Below, piece after piece: positions 39,838 to 54,031 of a DNA stretch of 64,000 bases (the stretch's first letter is position 1; every line of letters begins with the position of its first letter). This stretch comes from Balanoglossus misakiensis (taxonomy: Eukaryota; Animalia; Hemichordata). Location: contig CM082596.2 in NCBI GenBank assembly GCA_040954595.2, positions 4,085,025-4,149,024 on the forward strand, written 5' to 3'. A program made the position numbers and the translations under genes. The notes under the pieces are model-generated. The model had not been told where the DNA came from. It saw only the letters and a list, made by a program, of their open reading frames with translations, and ran no database searches.

Positions 39838-41191
39838 ATACAAGCCAGAAAATGACGACAGCCTTGTTTAATTGCACTTTTACAGTGTCCATTTTTGCTG
39901 AAACTCGAGAACATGACGTCATTCGTCTTCAATGAGGAACATTATTTCTGTCATACACAAATAAGCATACTTATTATCTCTTTAATTTATTGGCTACAAA
40001 ATTGCCATTAATCACATGACGCAAATGCAAATTTTTCTCTCTCAATATTTTCAGCTGTCTGAAGGTGCCAGTATTTCTGACTCCTCATATTTTTCACGTG
40101 TTTACCTCATTCTTGGCTTTGTCAGCCCACTATCACCTGGGAGATAGAGTCGAGAAGCGAGAAAGTTATCATCTCCCATCACATTACTGCAGAAACAAAT
40201 TATGCAAATGCGGCCATGGGGACTCGCTGGAGTAGGAACAATTGATTCCCACAACTGATGAAGATCATGCGATGCGAGGAAAATAAACTTGTTGCCTAGT
40301 GACAGGCAGTGTAACAAAGCGGACGTGTCACTGGCGCCGCGAAAATACCATCTATCGCGTTCCGCATCAACGTGAACTCCTTTGCAGGCATCGCGGACGT
40401 TATCAGATGAGAAAAAAGGCCGAACATCAATCGACTGCAGTCGCAACCACTTGACATTTTTATCCATCTTCGGAGATATGTTCCCCACTTTTTATCAGTG
40501 GCAACGACAACTGGGATTTCTCTCTCACTTACTCAGGTGGCAGAGCGTGCGAACAAAAATACATTCGCCCACTGAGACAAGAGCAACTCTGATGTGAGAA
40601 AAGCAAAGACGGCAATGATAGCCACTGAAGCCTTGACGCATTATCCCGTCTGCTGGTGTTTTCCATCAACTTTTGCCACCTTCACAAAGAGTACATTTTC
40701 TCGTGCATTAGTGAAACATCGAATGAGCTTGTCACTCATCTACGGTAAATAACACACCTGAATGACATTGTCTCCCCTCTGCAAAATAGATACACATCAC
40801 CCCCTTTGATACGTGGCCTTACCACAAAGAAATGGGGTTGAATATTTTATGTACCGTACGTAAAGTTTTGCCTGTTAACTTGTTAATGAGTAGTTCAAAA
40901 TAAAATCAGAATTTGAGGATACAAATACAATGAATGTAGTCAGATTAACAAACCCTGATCCCTTGGACCTTTTCAGATATTAAATTTGGCATTTTAACAG
41001 ATAAGTCATTCTAATCAAAAAAGCCTGCCATCCACTTAATTTTTTGAAAAATTAAGTCAAAATGTCATTGACCACTACAGGTACATGTATCATATCAGAT
41101 TGTATCACAGGTACAATCTGAATTAATTGAATAATTGTGAACACACTTATCACATATACCAAAGGGTGTCAAGTTCTCACTTTTGTTTTAA

Positions 41192-41278
41192 CCCTTTCAG
41201 CACCATGGTTTGGTCCAATCCCATAGTTTTCAGTAGCAAAATGTCAGACCTTTATATAGGGAAATGGGGGTGAGAGGG
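41192..41278. mobile_element. piggyBac-like mini-MITE (87 bp) with TTAA target duplication
   Basis: TTAA|CCCTTTCAGCACCAT...ATGGGGGTGAGAGGG|TTAA; 15-bp TIR with 3 mismatches; related copy at 46513..46599. Confidence 0.7.
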
Positions 41279-44200
41279 TTAAAGACAAGGAAACACATAC
41301 GGGTTACAGAAGTGTGGAGTGATATGAACTTGCATTGACGCAAGATATCCACTTATCGTGGGGGTTAATTGATTCAGGCCTGTGAGGAATTGATAATGGA
41401 ATATCCACACAAAAAATTGAGAGACTGCAAGAACATCCTTTTTCATTTAGCAGTCTGTGGGCTAAACCTTTCACTGCAGGCTGTACTCTACATTATTTTA
41501 TTGCCAAGACGGAAATTGATGGTACCCCCAACAGTCGTAACATATTTAAGGAAAACTGCCGGGAATGGTGCAATTATTCCCATACACGCAATCAGTAAAT
41601 TTTGTTCTTCGTACCAAGAAGTCCAACTCCCTCCAGTGTGCATTAATAGCTGGACGTACTCCCCAGATCAACAAACGACGCGAGTGTACAGATTCCAGAA
41701 GTCAGCATTGCACACAAGGCTAAACATATGTGCAATATTCTTAGTAGTATTTTCCTGCATATATACAGACTTTGAAGTGATGACATTTGATTTGCCATTG
41801 CAATGAAAGAATTGGCCATTTTCATGCTTTTGGCACCAAACATCTTGTGAAAATACCTCTGAATGTAAATATCCGGTTGGACCTCAGAAAAAATTTACAT
41901 GAATTTCTATTTCAGTAGATTATATAGATACAAGTCAAAGCCTTGAGAATAAATGCATGAGTGGTGAATAGCACACACAGAGTGCCATTGGACCTCTGCC
42001 TGCATGACCATGTCGGATAAAACCAGAATTTCTATGATACCTGAGCTATTCAGTGACTTGAAAGGATCCTTGGTATGTCACGGCCATTGCTCATCATAGA
42101 TTAAATTAGTCACGTATTTTTGTATAAATTCGCACATCAGGGTTCATATGCGCAGTGAATGGAAAATTCCTGGAATCACCAAGGTTATTTCCAGTGATTT
42201 TCAAGGCGCTTTTGTGGTGAAAAATGTATCTTCCGGGAGTGATTGTGCGGTAAGTTTTGACAAAATCTGAGAGCACATCTGGCGACAACAGAATTGGACA
42301 TTGGCAACTTCTACACAAAAGTGAAACGTGCACACAGACAAAATATGACAAATGTAGACTTGTGATGGCTAAAAGACTTTGAATGACAGTATTCTAATAT
42401 GCCACACGCAACATGCACACCTCATCAGACTGTCAGGAAGTATACTGAAAGCCTATAATTCCATCTGAATGAACAAACATGATGTTGGAAATTACAGTAT
42501 GGTTTATATATGACAAGTGAAAAGTGGGAAAAATTTGACAGAGGACCCATCAGAGCAAAAAATAATGACACAAGACTAAACATGCAATACCGGTATGTTC
42601 TTCAAACAGGAAACAAAATGACATTTTTACATGAATTAACTAAAGTGGGGGTTTACGTTACAAATATGACCACTTTTACGATAGAAAGGTCCATTAGCTC
42701 TCAATTTTGGCTACTTTTTCAGCATTTTTGTTGCCATATCAAATGTCAAGTATTTGATGATTAACAAACAGTACTGAGTTTGTGCTTCATATTAGCCAGA
42801 AAGTGAAATTTGTCACTAAATAACAGTTTTTGACAGAAAATTGACGTTTATTTTGAATTGAGGATTTGTTTGAGAACTTCTGTTCATCCTGTGCACCAAG
42901 CCACTTAGGCTGACCTCATGTCCAGGTCTTGAAAACAATCCTAGCTGTTGAAATAATGAATCATCACCATTTATTGCATTTTGTGGGTTATTTTTTTTAG
43001 CACATCTGCTTGCTAGAACATGTTGACTTATTTATGGTCATGGGCCATAATGCTGACCTGATGATCAACATACCAGTAAACTAGAAATTTATGTGTTTAT
43101 ACTTTTTGAATGCAAAGGAGCTGTCTTCAAATGTTGGGAAACAGTTCAGGAATTTATTCAAACAAAAAATACCTAAATGCCAGAAACACATTTCTGCAGC
43201 ACCCCACCCCTCCCCACAAAGAGGTGGATTTTAAGTGGTTTTTGAAAGGTGGCTGTAAAGCCCGCAGAAAAAGTGAGCTAGTTCTATTCTGAGAGCCAGG
43301 CTAGTGGACGGCACATATATTCTCCATTTATGAGGATTTCGTCAGCCTTTCATTTTTCACATTTGATGATTTAAAAATACCTACCGAGTAGTGATATCGA
43401 GACCATGCTTTTTTAAACACCATTGTCAGTTAAATTTCAGGACATCAGTTATAGCCAGAGACAACAGCCGCGTACATGAAACGATGGCCTGAGCACCATC
43501 ACACATCGATCAGTTACGGATGAAAATAATGTGCATCAGTTGAACTCCGAACACAATCTTTGATTTACTGTATGTATTATGTTGCATGGGTTTTCAATCG
43601 TTGGATTATGTCGCTAAAATTTACATGCACATGTTGCAGTGACCAGATGGTGCAAAAAAAGCTATAAAAAATAATGCAGTATATAGGTCTCATACTTGTC
43701 GAATTTGTTTGCCACGTCACCATATGCAGCACACCCTTTTCTTTGAGTGGTATGGACCAAACGCATCTTCAACACAACAGCCCAAGGCTGCTATTCTGAA
43801 CATCGGTGCTGAGGCATGAGTGATAGCAAGACACATACGGTCACTCATTTAAAGTTAATCTTCATAGAATACAAACCACAGTTTAAAGGCAATTTAAACA
43901 ACATACGACTCTATTTTGGCAGCTCTGTTTAACAAAATATGAAAGTCATGCACTTTTCGTACAGCCGTGGAATTTTACCCCAAGGTAGAGATCACTACAC
44001 TCGCTGAAATTAAGGGCATCAATTTCAATCAAGTCTGACAGAGTTGCGAGAGAAGATTAAGTTATCCAAGTGAACTTCATGCACTACAAGGTCAATTGAC
44101 CACAGACTGTAATTCTACTAGGGGTTCAAGGGAGACTCAAATTAATTTGACTTGGAATTGCCTGCAATGAACGTATAGCCGTGATGAATAATCCCACAGT

Positions 44201-46512
44201 AAACTGATATGCAACAGGAATGATCTTTGACCCTGGAGATATATGAGTCTATCAAAAGCAGGTTTTTTCCACTGTTATTATTTTGCAATACCGCCGTCAT
44301 CAGCTCTTTAAATTGTTTTTGTTTTTGATGACCAGTGGTTGCTGCAGTGTTAGTACTCCGCTCATAGAGGGCGCTGTGTATACCGTAGTTCGACATTTCT
44401 ACATCAGTGCTGTGCGTCACAGTGGATGGAAGGTTTCTAAGACTGAAACAACCACGATCCGACAGTTCCTTTAATGCTAAGCAAAATTTGTTCCTTTGTC
44501 GACAACATCAAATGAAAAAAGTGTGATTTCAAAATTGACTTGAGCATCCGAGCAATTAGGGGGAAGGTTATGAGTCCCCTCGCAACAGTCTTTCAAAGTA
44601 AGCCAAAAGAAAACTGTTCGATAAATTACGTTTTCAGCGCTGAATGTGTGCCTTGCAATCTCCCAGGAATAGTATCAATTAAAGTACAGTGCTACCCTGG
44701 GATATGCAAAATAACTACAGCCCTGTGGCAAAGCGATACTGGTTAACTGGGGAAAAACTGCACTGTATCTGGAATGATTGCTGCCAAACAAATCAATAGA
44801 ACTAAAGCTAGTTAGTTTGTAGTACAGGCCAAATGCAGCTTCTGCTATCCTCCTGTGGTACTACGGTACTTTCGGAATACCTAGCCTACATGAATAAGTG
44901 TAAACTTGAAACATATAAACTTGTGTAAGAACTGAATGGCTTCGCTGTTGAAATGTTTGAAAAAACAACAACCAAACACCTGAACATTGATGAGATGACT
45001 GCCATGTCTCGACTCTCACATTTGCTTCAACTTAAACGACATTTAATTCCACAGGTCGATACACGTATTGACCTGTTGTATCGTACTAGTCGTGGCATGA
45101 GTCACCCCAATGCCACCACTAGGCACTGACAGACACAACACACTTAACATAACTCTCACCCGTGACGAGAAAAGTAACAGGTGACACCATAAACACACCA
45201 ATTTATAAATTAATGTACAAATGTCAGCTAATACCTCATCTTTGGTGAGTCTAAAGTCGTAGATGTATTCGTCGACTCCGAATTGCGTCATATCATAACA
45301 ACATCGGGAAACACATCAGCACAGCCAAATTTCAGATGCTCAGGCGATACTCTCCCAGCCTCTTCAAACAAACACTTATTAAGGCGTTTTTCTTTATTTC
45401 TAATCCTATTTTAATGGCGATTAGTTCTTAGGGTGTCATTATGAGAAGCAAACTCTCTCAGGATCAATTCATTTCTCACTTGCAGATTAATTTGCCTAAG
45501 TATACAGGCAGACAATTAAAGAGGTCAACAGGGACTGGTGAATTGAAATTGGTCATTAATTATTAACGTGGAATGTCGTGGTGTACGGAAAACTTCACAT
45601 CTGTCAGTTTGTGATGAATGGCACACAGCAGTGTGTTGCTTCTGCAGGGTGGATGTAATTGTTTCAGTCTTTCCAACAACAACAACATCAACATCAACAA
45701 AAACGATGAACCATACATTAATCATATCATTGAAGTCTCAGAACATTGATGATGATTTGTGGCAAATATCACCAATTTATATTCAGAAGGTTGCCTTGGT
45801 AACAGAAATCTAATTCACTCATCAGGCTAGTATAATGAACTTCAAAAACTAACATGCTTTACAGTCACGCCAACAGTTGATGTCTAAACGTCGGACATCG
45901 GAAAATACAAAGACTGCCCTCTTGCATCACGTTTGTATAAAAACAAAATCAGTCGAAATAGATGTATAGATGGCGCTACCATACACAGTTCACGTTCCGA
46001 TTCTCAAATTTCATTGACTGTAACATAGTATGTTTTTTATTTCTCTTAAAATGTATGACAATGCAACCTACTTTTGTAACAGCTAAAGCTGCCATAAATA
46101 CTTTTTAAAGCTTTTAAACCCTAAGGCAGTGTTATATAAATATTTTACAAGCCACAGAAAGTCTTTACTAGTGGCAATACTATTTGGATACTGGAAGTTT
46201 CAAACTTTTCACAGACTATTCACAGTTCCCCAGAATGGAAATATAAAGTTCAAATGCTGACCTTTCAATCAAGAACATAGCATTCACAGCTCTGATCTGG
46301 CAACCTCATTTTCCAGTCCCAGAAAAATATATTTTCAGATTTCATCTCAGGTTCAGGCCTGAGTTAATGTGTGTCTATATTTAGCACTGTAATTGAGTTT
46401 GTGTCAAACCACGTTCAGTGTGAAAATTGATCACCAGGGATTAATGTACCATGTCAGTGTCACGGTCTTGGCCTGGTCCGGTGAAGAGCTGTGGTATGAC
46501 ACCATTACTTCA

Positions 46513-46599
46513 CCCTAATTTCACCACCATGGTTTGGTCTAACTGTATTGTTTTCTATGGTAAAGTTGGATCACTATTTGAGAAACAGGGGTGAATGGG
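46513..46599. mobile_element. Second, diverged copy of the piggyBac-like mini-MITE
   Basis: Shares CACCATGGTTTGGTC and the GGGGTGA..GGG|TTAA end with 41192..41278. The left flank reads TTCA, a degenerate TTAA. Confidence 0.6.
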
Positions 46600-49500
46600 T
46601 TAAATGTCTAGCCGGAACTGCAAGTCTACCTTATCCAGGAGGATGTATGCAGTAAAAATAAAACAACAGAAACATTGCAACTTGATCAGAGTATCCTGTA
46701 TCTTGATATAAACTCGATAGCTACCTTAAGCTGCAGCAGTTTTTTTCTACATGAGTTGCAGTCGTAATGTCTAATTAAAAACTGGTCCTGAAAGACCTAC
46801 CTTTTAAAACTTTTATTGAGACTGGGTAATTCAGGTAATGAAGGGTTTTGAGTTCAAGAAATAAAAGTATTGCTACTTGATAGAATTCAAAAGTGCTTTT
46901 TGAAAGCAGGGCGATCAGAGTTGAGGCTAAAACTGGCAGTAAAATTTAACTGGTGGCATTTTGTGTAACAATTAAGGCTGCGTGGCTGGTCGTAGTTTCA
47001 GTAGTAAACTTTTAAAGGCTGCCACTTTGGAGTGTTTGTTTTGCATCATGAGGGTCGAATCTCAGACATTAAGGGGACAAAGTCCCCGAGTTGTTTGCGT
47101 TATTTGAGTTTATTTGAGGGGGTGTACACCAGCAGCTAAAACTACTTGTACATGTATAGTGTTAGATACACACCACCTTATAGTCTCAGCAACGAAAACT
47201 CAGACAGTTATTCAAACAGAATTATTTGAATTTATTATATTGGAATCATGATAAACTCATTCTGCCCCGCCACTCTCCCCCCATAAAAACAGCACAAATT
47301 AACAGAAAACGTGCAACCGATGACTTACCAATTTTGTTATATGTCAAGCAGTATGGCATTTTTCTTGTTTTATATCATTTCATTATTGTAAAAGTAAACT
47401 TAGATTTGTAAAGTCATAAATCTATATCACTGACCATTACAAACAGCTGTAGCTCGTGTTGATCTCAAGACAGGGTTAGCATTAGAATTCTAACGAGCCA
47501 CAACAGCCAGATGGCGATCGTTGTCTTCGTTTTGTGAGATTCCAAGATATGTCCGCTGCACAAACAGTTTTCGGCGGAACAACCATTTACAGACCCATTT
47601 AAAGGCCTTTTATAAAAGAGTATGGAATTACGATAAAAAAATTATACATTAAAGAGGAAATGTAACGATTACTGTTGCATTACCGGAACTTTCAGCATGT
47701 ATCCAGAAGCCATGGTAAACAGTAGTCCCTTGGTGCCGGAACCTTGATGGAAACCCCAACTGCACTGATTTCTCTAGAGATATTCCGCAAGCCTATGTGG
47801 ACCCCCTTTCTTCTTCATCTTTCTGTCCGTTACAATTTCCACTAACCGTAATACTTCAACCGAATAATATTTTAATGGTTTCAAACATTAGGGGATCTGG
47901 TTTCGCCCCGGCCCGCAGTGCATAGCGCTTTTCATTTCGTTCCAATCTAACTTTTGAAACCCGATAAAATGCCTGCCATGCCTATAGTTTACACACTCAC
48001 TTTGATCCCAACAAGCTGTTTAACAACACGCAAAGCTGTAGAAAGTTAAGGGGCCATGCCGTGGCATGACGATGTGGTCATTCCGATCCTGTGATCTACG
48101 AATGACATCACTGCGGCCATGAAGAAAGTGGTTTCTATGATAAAAGTCAACAAATTACAGGACCATTAATTTTTAGTGTCCGTGGCCTGGAATGTTGGCC
48201 TGGTATTCACAAGATACCATGTACGTTAGACATGTACAAAGTACAACTACACTTCCCCTGCCTGTCATAGAAGCAAAATCTACAGCAATAAATAATCTTA
48301 GTGCATTTGAAGCTTAAAATGTCCTTGTCTCATAAAAGTACTCGTATCACCCTACCAGAAATGATTCATGCATTTCTTTTCTTGAAAGATTAACGCATGC
48401 AAGTACATAATTGACAGGATTGTAGATTCTGTGTTCTCATTCAGAGTGTCTAAGTATCTGATGACTCTGAGCTCTGTTTTGCAGAAATGCATTGAATGCA
48501 ACAGTTTAACCACAAGTTCCAAGCCTTTAATCCCTAAATGGTAACATGACACTGGTCCAGTATCCCTCACACTATCATGGTTATCTGAAACTATTTGATT
48601 GATTGGATATTCAGACATGATTTGCAAGCGCAAGTGGTGTTTTTCATGTCAAGATAAATTGAGAAGTGTGTGCCCTCAACGAAAAGGGGATTTTGTGGGG
48701 CTCTCCCAGCTGACATTTTGAGAATGTGTGATAAGTAACTGAGCTAGTACAACATCAGTCGTGCAAAGGAAAAATTTGACTGATGAGGAATAATCATACA
48801 ACATCAATCACCAGCACATGCCACAATGTTTTAGTGGATCATGATGTGTCGTGTTTATCACAGTTCATAATCTTTCTCCAGATTTCCAAATGCAATAGCA
48901 CTATGGATAAAATAGCTCAGGCACGAAGTGCCTACAAGGTCACAAGAGTACACTATAATGTGTACGGTAGTAAGTTCAAAATTCCAGTCCCTGGCTCATC
49001 CTTTGGTCAGCTGTAATGACTAACGCCCCCCCCCCCCCCCACCACACACACATACCCGAGATTAAGCCAATAGCATAAAGCTAAAGCTGATAAGATCACT
49101 ATCTCCCTTGCTAATAACATGACCTCAGATTAAGGACATTAGGCGTTATCTCTCTCCTCATAACAGCGATGTCTGGTCTGTAATATTCAGGAAATTTCCC
49201 AGCTTCTGATCAATAAAATCAGCCTTAAAATCAATAATGATGAGTTATCTAACATGGTAGCAGAAAAATTAAACATAAGCTTAGGGTCAGCTAGAACATT
49301 CTTCATCACTAGATATAAAACCCAGGAGCAGACTTTCCCTAGATGCTCAAGAATGATAGAAAGGAATTTGCAATAAATGAGCAGATAGTTGTTATGAGAC
49401 GAGTTTTATTGCTGTAACCCCAGACAAATATGACTAACTAGTTGTCACAGCTATAACTTTATAGGCAGTAATTCACGTCCTGGCAAGTATTCGCTGTTCT

Positions 49501-50507
49501 AGTGTGGTCACCAGAGGGCGATATCACACGCCGGACTCTCGCTGTTCCCACTCCTGATAACAAAAGTCACGATTGGTTCACCATTTTATAAACAGCGCGA
49601 TAAGAGCTAGCTGCCAAGCATATTGTACGTGTCGGCCCTCTGTGATTTGAGGAATCTTCCATGTTTTAAGTGGATGCTCTCCCACAGAACGACCTCTTTT
49701 CCCTTAAGCTTTAAGGAATTCAACACTATGGGGTCAGCTTGGTATAAATTGCTGCGAACAGTTGACTTAATAGCCCTCAATTTGCCTAAGTCCTACAGGA
49801 AAAAAGCAATAGGCTGGAAAAGGCTCTTGAGATGGGATGAAAATCCAAGCAAGTCTTGATCTAATTTCCTGTCGTGAATTGTGAAGACAATAAAACTGTC
49901 CGCTTCCATGTGCTATGAGGAGATATACACCCAGATATTGGATTAAAACTGGAAATTTATGAGGGGCACTCGTGATAGTGGATGGGCTCTGAGTGCATGC
50001 ATTGAGGACGGTGCACTTTAGCTGAGAGAAACTGTTGAAAATTGATTGTTGAATGTACACAATCTCAAAATCTCATTGTTCCAACTAGAATCACCCTTGT
50101 ACATACACAAACCAAAAACAGAAAACAAACTGTTGCTATGAAAGTATGATGGGTGCCTGAGTTTTGCCTCTGACTTTGTTACACTCCTGAAAAATGTCTT
50201 TATCAGCACTGCATGCCAAAGATACATGGCTATCTATATACTGCAAAACATATGGCCCTCCCAATGTGAAAAGGAACAGTTGATGAAGTTTGAGGAATTC
50301 TTACAATAAACCAGATCATCAGAATAGCATGAGCAGTCACATTTAACATCCTCAATTTTAATAACCTGTATTTGAAAGTATTTTTAATTATCTATTATAA
50401 ATGATTAAACCCTTTTTTCAGGGATATTAGTCCGAGTATACCGTCATAGCAACTAAGTCAATATAACAACTAAATGGAGGTATGACTCACTTGACTTGTG
50501 TACATTT

Positions 50508-50535
50508 GGTGATACACTAAATTTAGTGTATCACC
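50508..50535. repeat. Perfect 28-bp palindrome
   Basis: GGTGATACACTAAA|TTTAGTGTATCACC, no spacer and no mismatch. Confidence 0.9.
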
Positions 50536-53500
50536 TGCATGTATCACTTATAAAAATGCTGGTATATAAATTGGCAGTGATCATTACAATGAAAATATAA
50601 TTAGTTTTAATTAATACCACCGTAGTTTAACATCTGTTTGATACATGTGACATGAATATATTTAGGTTAATAGATGTATATATAACTGTAACAGTGAATC
50701 AATAGTAGTCTGACTGAAAAGGTCCCCAGTATATGGGAAATGCAGGTATACCGTATTTAGCAGGCACCTAGGATAGGTCAGTAGTTAGGTACTTTGTACA
50801 AACATACATGTATGTGTACCATCATCTATAGAAAGAATTTATACTGGGTCACACCAACCCTTTGGGTTGCTCATGAGCTGTAAATACACTGCAAGCAATC
50901 AGAAAGTGGAATCTCGCATCTCGATTTCAGACATCAATATAGCTGCCAGCTATGGATGTGAAAACTGGACTCATCCAAGATGGAAGCATGACACAGATTC
51001 GTACAAAAACACTCGTGCTGGTGATATTAAACCGGCCTGTCACCAAGAGAAATGTTGCTGATTAAAGTCGAATCCATGACAAAGCTTTCAGGATGAAAGC
51101 TGAGGAAATTAAAGCTTTGCGCCAGAGTGATCAGAGATGCACGATAAACATTCGGCCGAACACACGTCTGTGTATATAACTGAATCACTCTATATTTAAG
51201 TTTGAAATCGCAATCTTGTCTGTAGAATTCTTGTGTTTGGTTTGACTGCCTTGCATAGAATGTACAGGGGAAAGGTGGAACTGTTGGGCACATATGTATG
51301 ATATTTCAAACCAAATGAAATTCTCTGAAACTCATCCAGTCCATCAAACAGGATAAGGTGTCCATGTGTCAAAACTGAAACACTGACAATCTTGTTATAA
51401 CACTATAAAATTCCTTCAGCTAGGAGTATATTTGAATTTGATAACCAAGCATGGGTATATATTCAATATTTATTTGGAAAATCAAATGTATTCAAACAAT
51501 ACAAAATAATCAATGCAGGATATTGTCAAGAGGTAGAAAGTGCCATGGTGCCATTAATCTCCAATTACAGACTGTGATCACGCTGACAGTTCATGAATAT
51601 TTATGAAAGGTAGCGAGGAAAACTCTAACCGACCGCGATCAATCATCCAAAGTGTGTGAAAAATGGTCATCTTGTTAGTACTTGATCTTTTCAAGGTTGA
51701 GGAAAAGTAATTTCCGGGTAAAAGACGATACAGGGCTGCGCCAAGAATGAAAGGGCAGGTGGGATGACAGAGTCAGCAAGAGTACATCCAAACGACTTGT
51801 GAGGAAAGTCTGTCTTTTGCAACACTCAAAAACACCGTGCTGCAAGTTGTACGACTTGGAGTGCTCAGCATTGCAACCAAATCAATGTTTAATGCCCACC
51901 TCGTTGCAATCAACTCCGAACTCATTTAAAGAGTGATTTAGGAACCTACCTAATTGCAAAGGGGCAGTTACAACCTTAGGTAATAACTAGACAATATGGC
52001 TAAACGATAATTGGTGCAGTACACAAGTAGGGCGCATGCAAATTGAAATTATGATTGATGTAATGATGTAATTTCCTAAGTAGTGAGGTAATCAGCCCAG
52101 GTACTAGGTATGATGATGTCTGCTTATAAAAAGATTTCTAGACACATCTGAACTCAATTGATTTCTAACACTCTCATTAATAAGTGATTGCAAACGAAGC
52201 ATACCGGTATGGCTTCCGGCATATCCGGGCCCATGGCATCGCTGATGATAAAGCCCCAATAGCGGCCAATTTTTGCGTTACTTTCATGATTTTACTTTCA
52301 AACTTAGAATGGTCCGTAAGCAAACTGACACAGCTATGCAAATATGTACTCTCAGAATGGCTCTAATCATGAAACATTATGGTAAACATCCATTTTGTAA
52401 CAGGTTGAAAATTGGTGTAATATAATACTGTAGGGTTTGGATTAACATTGTTAAATTTAAAGAACCCTAACTCACTAACTGAGAGTTCTGCAAAAAGGTC
52501 ATCATTTTCAAAAAGGTTTTCTTAACTCATTTGTGACCAAACAAAACAACAAGAAACATCTACAATCATTTATGTATTTGTTCATCAACAAAAGCAGTGT
52601 ATCATAATTTCATAATGCTAAATGATAACATAATTTTTTTATCCTGTTGCTTCAGAAACTTCCAGAATCGATAAGAATATGGTGAAACACGAAGTATGAT
52701 CACAGTCATCGAAGCCATCAGAAAAGAAGTTCGTGAAGAATCATGAAGAATTTACACGACATGGATGTTTGATGGAGTCAGTAAGTCACAGCAAATATTA
52801 TTTCTACATTATCCAAAATCACTATTCGTGATGATCTGCATGGTTTCAGACTTGACTACTAACCAATGCAATGGTTTATTCATTGCTACATATGTATTTT
52901 ATACATGTTGCACTCATGATGTGAGTATTCACAAATTTATCAATGCCATCAAATGGGAGAGAAATCCCAGGGAAATCTAGCAGACATATATAAAATACAT
53001 ATGTAAGTGAATGGGAGAGGTACTAATATTCATTCTTGCCAAGGGTTCCGTTGTAATATCACATACCAAGTACTACGTTCCTATGGAAGCTGCGTAAACA
53101 TATGCGCGTTGTATATCAGACAATATTTTTACGAAGCTTCGCTTGGATTTTGAACAGAGAATGGAGATTATGAATCACGCCAGACATAGATGGATTTAGG
53201 CTGACAAAATATAGTGCAACAGCTTGCTCTGTTTTAAAGAGCCTCCGGGTATTCAAATGACAATTCAGAAAGGATTACTTCTGGCAAACATCATCTGTTT
53301 ATGGCGAAGCAAACATACAAATATTACATGGTAAAGAACAAACGACCTTTGTGACAAATGACACGAGTGCAATTTCTGGCCCTGTGTAAATGAAAACACT
53401 CCAATTTAAGATGTCTCCAAAGGCAGTGACACCATGCCACCCTTGAACCCTCGGGCGCACAACGTGGGAGAAATTACTTTTAACTGCAGACAATTTGCGA

Positions 53501-53984
53501 ACAAGAATTTTCTTCTTCAGCAGCTGCAGGATGAACTGTGTTCGTGCGTAGCCAGAAAGCTGGCTTGATTACAAGTGCCATTTCTGCATGGATGCTTTCT
53601 GCTGGATTATTAATGGCCGCCACTTTGCAAGACTGATTTGCCCATAAAAATCCAAACACGCCACAGTGTATAATACCTTGCTAGACATTTGCATTAAACA
53701 GCGTGCACAACACATGTTCAGTTGCACTAACCAGTAAAACAAATCTCTTGAAAATATCTCTGAGATAGAAAAGTTGTCAATTGTTAGTGCAATATACAGT
53801 ACACATATGAACCTTACACGTACTTTACACTAACTATAGTTAATAAGACACGGTACCAATATCTACAATATCACAAAAAAAGCCTTCAGCTTTGTAAATG
53901 AAGTGTCATCTTCGCTAAAGATTGACTAAACCAAGACTTCATTTCAGGAAACAATGTTTACTGCATGTACCGGTACCTGTAACC

Positions 53985-54031
53985 CAGAGTTGATCAAACC
54001 ATGGCGGTATACCCGCCATGATCAAACTCTG
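53985..54031. repeat. 47-bp imperfect palindrome/hairpin
   Basis: CAGAGTTGATCAAAC-CATGGCGG-TATAC-CCGCCATG-ATCAAACTCTG: 8-bp inner stem plus outer CAGAGTT(T)GAT arms. Confidence 0.7.

Noticed and set aside
41369-41806. 145-aa ORF and other 60-140 aa ORFs in 14-64 kb
   Set aside because: No recognisable domains, mostly non-ATG starts, intron-like composition and no consistent splice chain.
46978-47065. tRNA/SINE-like A and B box similarity (GAGGGTCGAATCTC)
   Set aside because: No cloverleaf can be drawn and the boxes are degenerate.
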